From Fistulifera solaris (lineage: Eukaryota), in assembly GCA_030295235.1 (NCBI GenBank), contig AP026143.1, positions 372,001 to 436,000 of the forward strand: a stretch of 64,000 bases of DNA, read 5' to 3'. Shown here one piece after another: positions 61,718 through 64,000 of this stretch (position 1 is its first letter; each line of letters starts with the position of its first letter). The notes beneath the pieces were generated by a model, which was given only the letters and a program-made list of their open reading frames with translations, was not told the origin of the DNA and searched no databases. The position numbers and the translations under genes were made by a program.

Positions 61718-62843
61718 ATGCGCCGACTTTCTACATTGTATTCCCTTCTATGGCTATTCTTCGGCCTACTTCCGCCTGTATTCGCAAATGCGGGCTTGAA
61801 TCCGTATCGCACATTAGGTGTCTCGGAGAATGCTTCGCAAGACGAAATCAAACGACAATATCGGGCGTTATGTTTGAAGTATCATCCCGATAAGAATACG
61901 AAACAATCCTCGACCGAGCGAAAGGCTGTAGAAACGAAATTTAAGCAGCTTCAAGAATCTTATTCACTCATTGGGACCGCTGAAGGGCGTCGAGATTGGA
62001 ATCTTCGACAATCGACTCCGTTTGCCTCCTCGTTTTCTGCGACTGCGCCGAATCAGAATCAGTATTACAATGGTTATCAAGCGGATGACTTATTTGAACA
62101 AGCCTTTCGATCCTATGCATCGCGAACTGGTCCCTCGCATCGATTCTATACGACACGTGCATTCGGACGAGACGAAGGTTACAGTGCTGCGTTCTGGAGT
62201 CCATCGGGGTTGAAGTCGGTCTACGAGCAGCGTGTTTCTATGTCTCTGTATGATTTGTACAATGGAGTATCCAAAGTGAAGTTTCGTTTACGAGAAAATG
62301 CCTTTACGCGCTGTTGCGCCGCATTCCGGGGCGGTATCGGTTACGCCATTCTCTATCAGAGTCTTCTCTTTGTCATACCATTGTGGAGGATGACGAACCG
62401 CTGGATTGCGCTACCGACGGCACTGGGATTATTCTACCAGCAAATACCCAAGCCTTTTGAGAACGAGTCATTTGACGCAAAAATAGAAGCTGGATACAAA
62501 GCTGGTACGAGACTCACGTTTCAACCAACAGACCCTCGTATTCAAGTCGTTTTCATTTTGGAAGAAGAAAAAGCACCCCGTGTATCGACGAGTGGGTGAC
62601 GACTTACACGTCGAGTACAGACTTTCGTATACCGAGGCGAAGAATGGTTGCACCGTTTCACTAGAAACACTCCGCGCCACGGAATCGTCGATTGAGATTG
62701 TGTTGGAACCGGATGCAATTCAAAAGACGGGGCAGGTTCTGGTCATCAAAGGACAAGGATGGCCTCGGCGTAAAACGGCTGATTTCGGTAATTTAATCGT
62801 ACACTTTACTTTGGTCAAGTCGAAAAAGAAAACGAGGGTTTAA
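61718..62843 (+). CDS. DnaJ class II-like protein (signal peptide, J domain, C-terminal peptide-binding domain); frameshift at ~62570-62580
   Basis: NPYRTLGV...YRALCLKYHPDK, MSLYDLYNG, GYKAGTRLTF, YRRVGDDL, GQGWP...GNLIVHF. Confidence 0.87.
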
Positions 62844-63264
62844 AGGAAATGGTATGCACTTTATTGTTGTTCTGTTCGCCTCGACTGAGATTTAGTCATT
62901 AACCTTTGTCGAACGCCGAACGTGACATTGGCAAAAGCTTGGGAACGAAGGCATACGAGCAAAACCTCACTTATACCATGCATCCATGTATCCCTTTTCT
63001 TGTTTCTTTTGGGTCTTTGCAAATGCCAATCAGGCGATGCGCCCTCTCGGCGCAAGTGTATATTCCTTTCCAAGGTATCAGTCATTGAGCTGTCACAAGC
63101 TGAGCTAACGATAGTGTCGCCGAAGCTACTTGGTATGATAGGCGAAAAGGCTTATATGTATCACACATCCTTACTTGTTAAAATATGAATCTGTGCAGAT
63201 ATACTTCTCACTGGTTGCACCTCTCAGACATATAGATTGACATGAACTACAACACAAGCTCATC

Positions 63265-64000
63265 CTAGTCATCATCTTTATCTTCGGCTTCGGCCCCAAC
63301 CTCATTTTCCTTCTGGGTTTCAATTCCAGCATCAACTTCTTCTTGATCAGGCGTCACTTCCTCACTTTCAATATCTTTGGCTTTATCACTTTGTGGTGCG
63401 ACCTCGCTCGAATCTCCCATTTTTAGGACGTCAAAGTCCAAGTAGCACAGAATAACCGGCACAAACCAGCAGCCCATGAAATATGTGACGAACATGACGA
63501 TTAAAAGTGGCTTGAAGAAAAACTTCAAATTAAACTCGAATTCCGTGAAAGCCAAGCAGATGACTCCTATCGTTGATGAAACGAAAGACATGAACATGGG
63601 TAGCATGAGGGCCTCCATAGCGTGCTCTACTCGATCAACGCTGGACTTGATGTTATTGGTTGCGCGCATCCAGCGAGAGACGGTGTGCACAGAGTATTCG
63701 ACAGCAAAGCCGACCGATAGAACGAACGACATCATCGAGAAGCCCGTCAAGTTCACGCCAATTAGGCTTGAAATACCAACAACAGGGACTAGCGTAAAAA
63801 TAATCGTCATGAGAATCAGCAACGACCCGACGAGGCTAGCAACGAGTGCCTTTCCCGCAGAATGTCGACTATGCAAAAACGTTCCAAGAAGGAAGAAGAA
63901 TGCAATGACAAATCCCGCAGCGGACGCATATCCGCCCAATTCGCACAATACTGGGAAGAGCTCTTCGTACTGAGACCAATAGTCGTAGGGAATGCCGGTC
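63265..64000 (-). CDS. Patched/NPC1-like RND-family membrane protein (3' part)
   Basis: VLSVGFAVEYSVH, RVEHAM, STIGVICLAF.EFEF..KFFF...G..F.PV.L are typical Patched-family C-terminal TMs. Confidence 0.85.
   Translation of the reverse strand, partial: TGIPYDYWSQYEELFPVLCELGGYASAAGFVIAFFFLLGTFLHSRHSAGKALVASLVGSLLILMTIIFTLVPVVGISSLIGVNLTGFSMMSFVLSVGFAVEYSVHTVSRWMRATNNIKSSVDRVEHAMEALMLPMFMSFVSSTIGVICLAFTEFEFNLKFFFKPLLIVMFVTYFMGCWFVPVILCYLDFDVLKMGDSSEVAPQSDKAKDIESEEVTPDQEEVDAGIETQKENEVGAEAEDKDDD

Noticed and set aside
3380..62585. Programmed ribosomal frameshifting
   Set aside because: Breaks go in both directions, in unrelated genes, mostly at homopolymers, with no shared slippery-site context.

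Overview
Gene-dense eukaryotic nuclear DNA, most likely from a pennate diatom. This is inferred from short GT-AG introns, signal peptide + ASAFAP-like plastid-targeting presequences, an NTT nucleotide transporter and DUF285/M6/M11 families; the species cannot be fixed from sequence alone. About 41 protein-coding loci are supported. They include histone H4, RPS21, a GST-like/YbaK/ProRS fusion, Ddi1, DENR, SR-beta, UPRT, two tandem M6 metalloproteases and a two-exon BolA gene that is missing from the ORF track. More than 15 genes carry single-base frameshifts, mostly in homopolymer runs, which points to sequencing or assembly error. A TenA copy appears to have a real internal deletion. The most unusual signal is non-coding: a ~55-bp core (short hairpin CATGACTG..CAGTCGTGG followed by AACCAWCACTTTG..CTATAGT). 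It recurs in both orientations as solo intergenic copies, in two degenerate ~200-bp tandem clusters, and inside each unit of a young 248-bp tandem array. One cluster abuts a perfect 34-bp inverted repeat. No tRNA, rRNA, CRISPR array or autonomous transposon was recognised.
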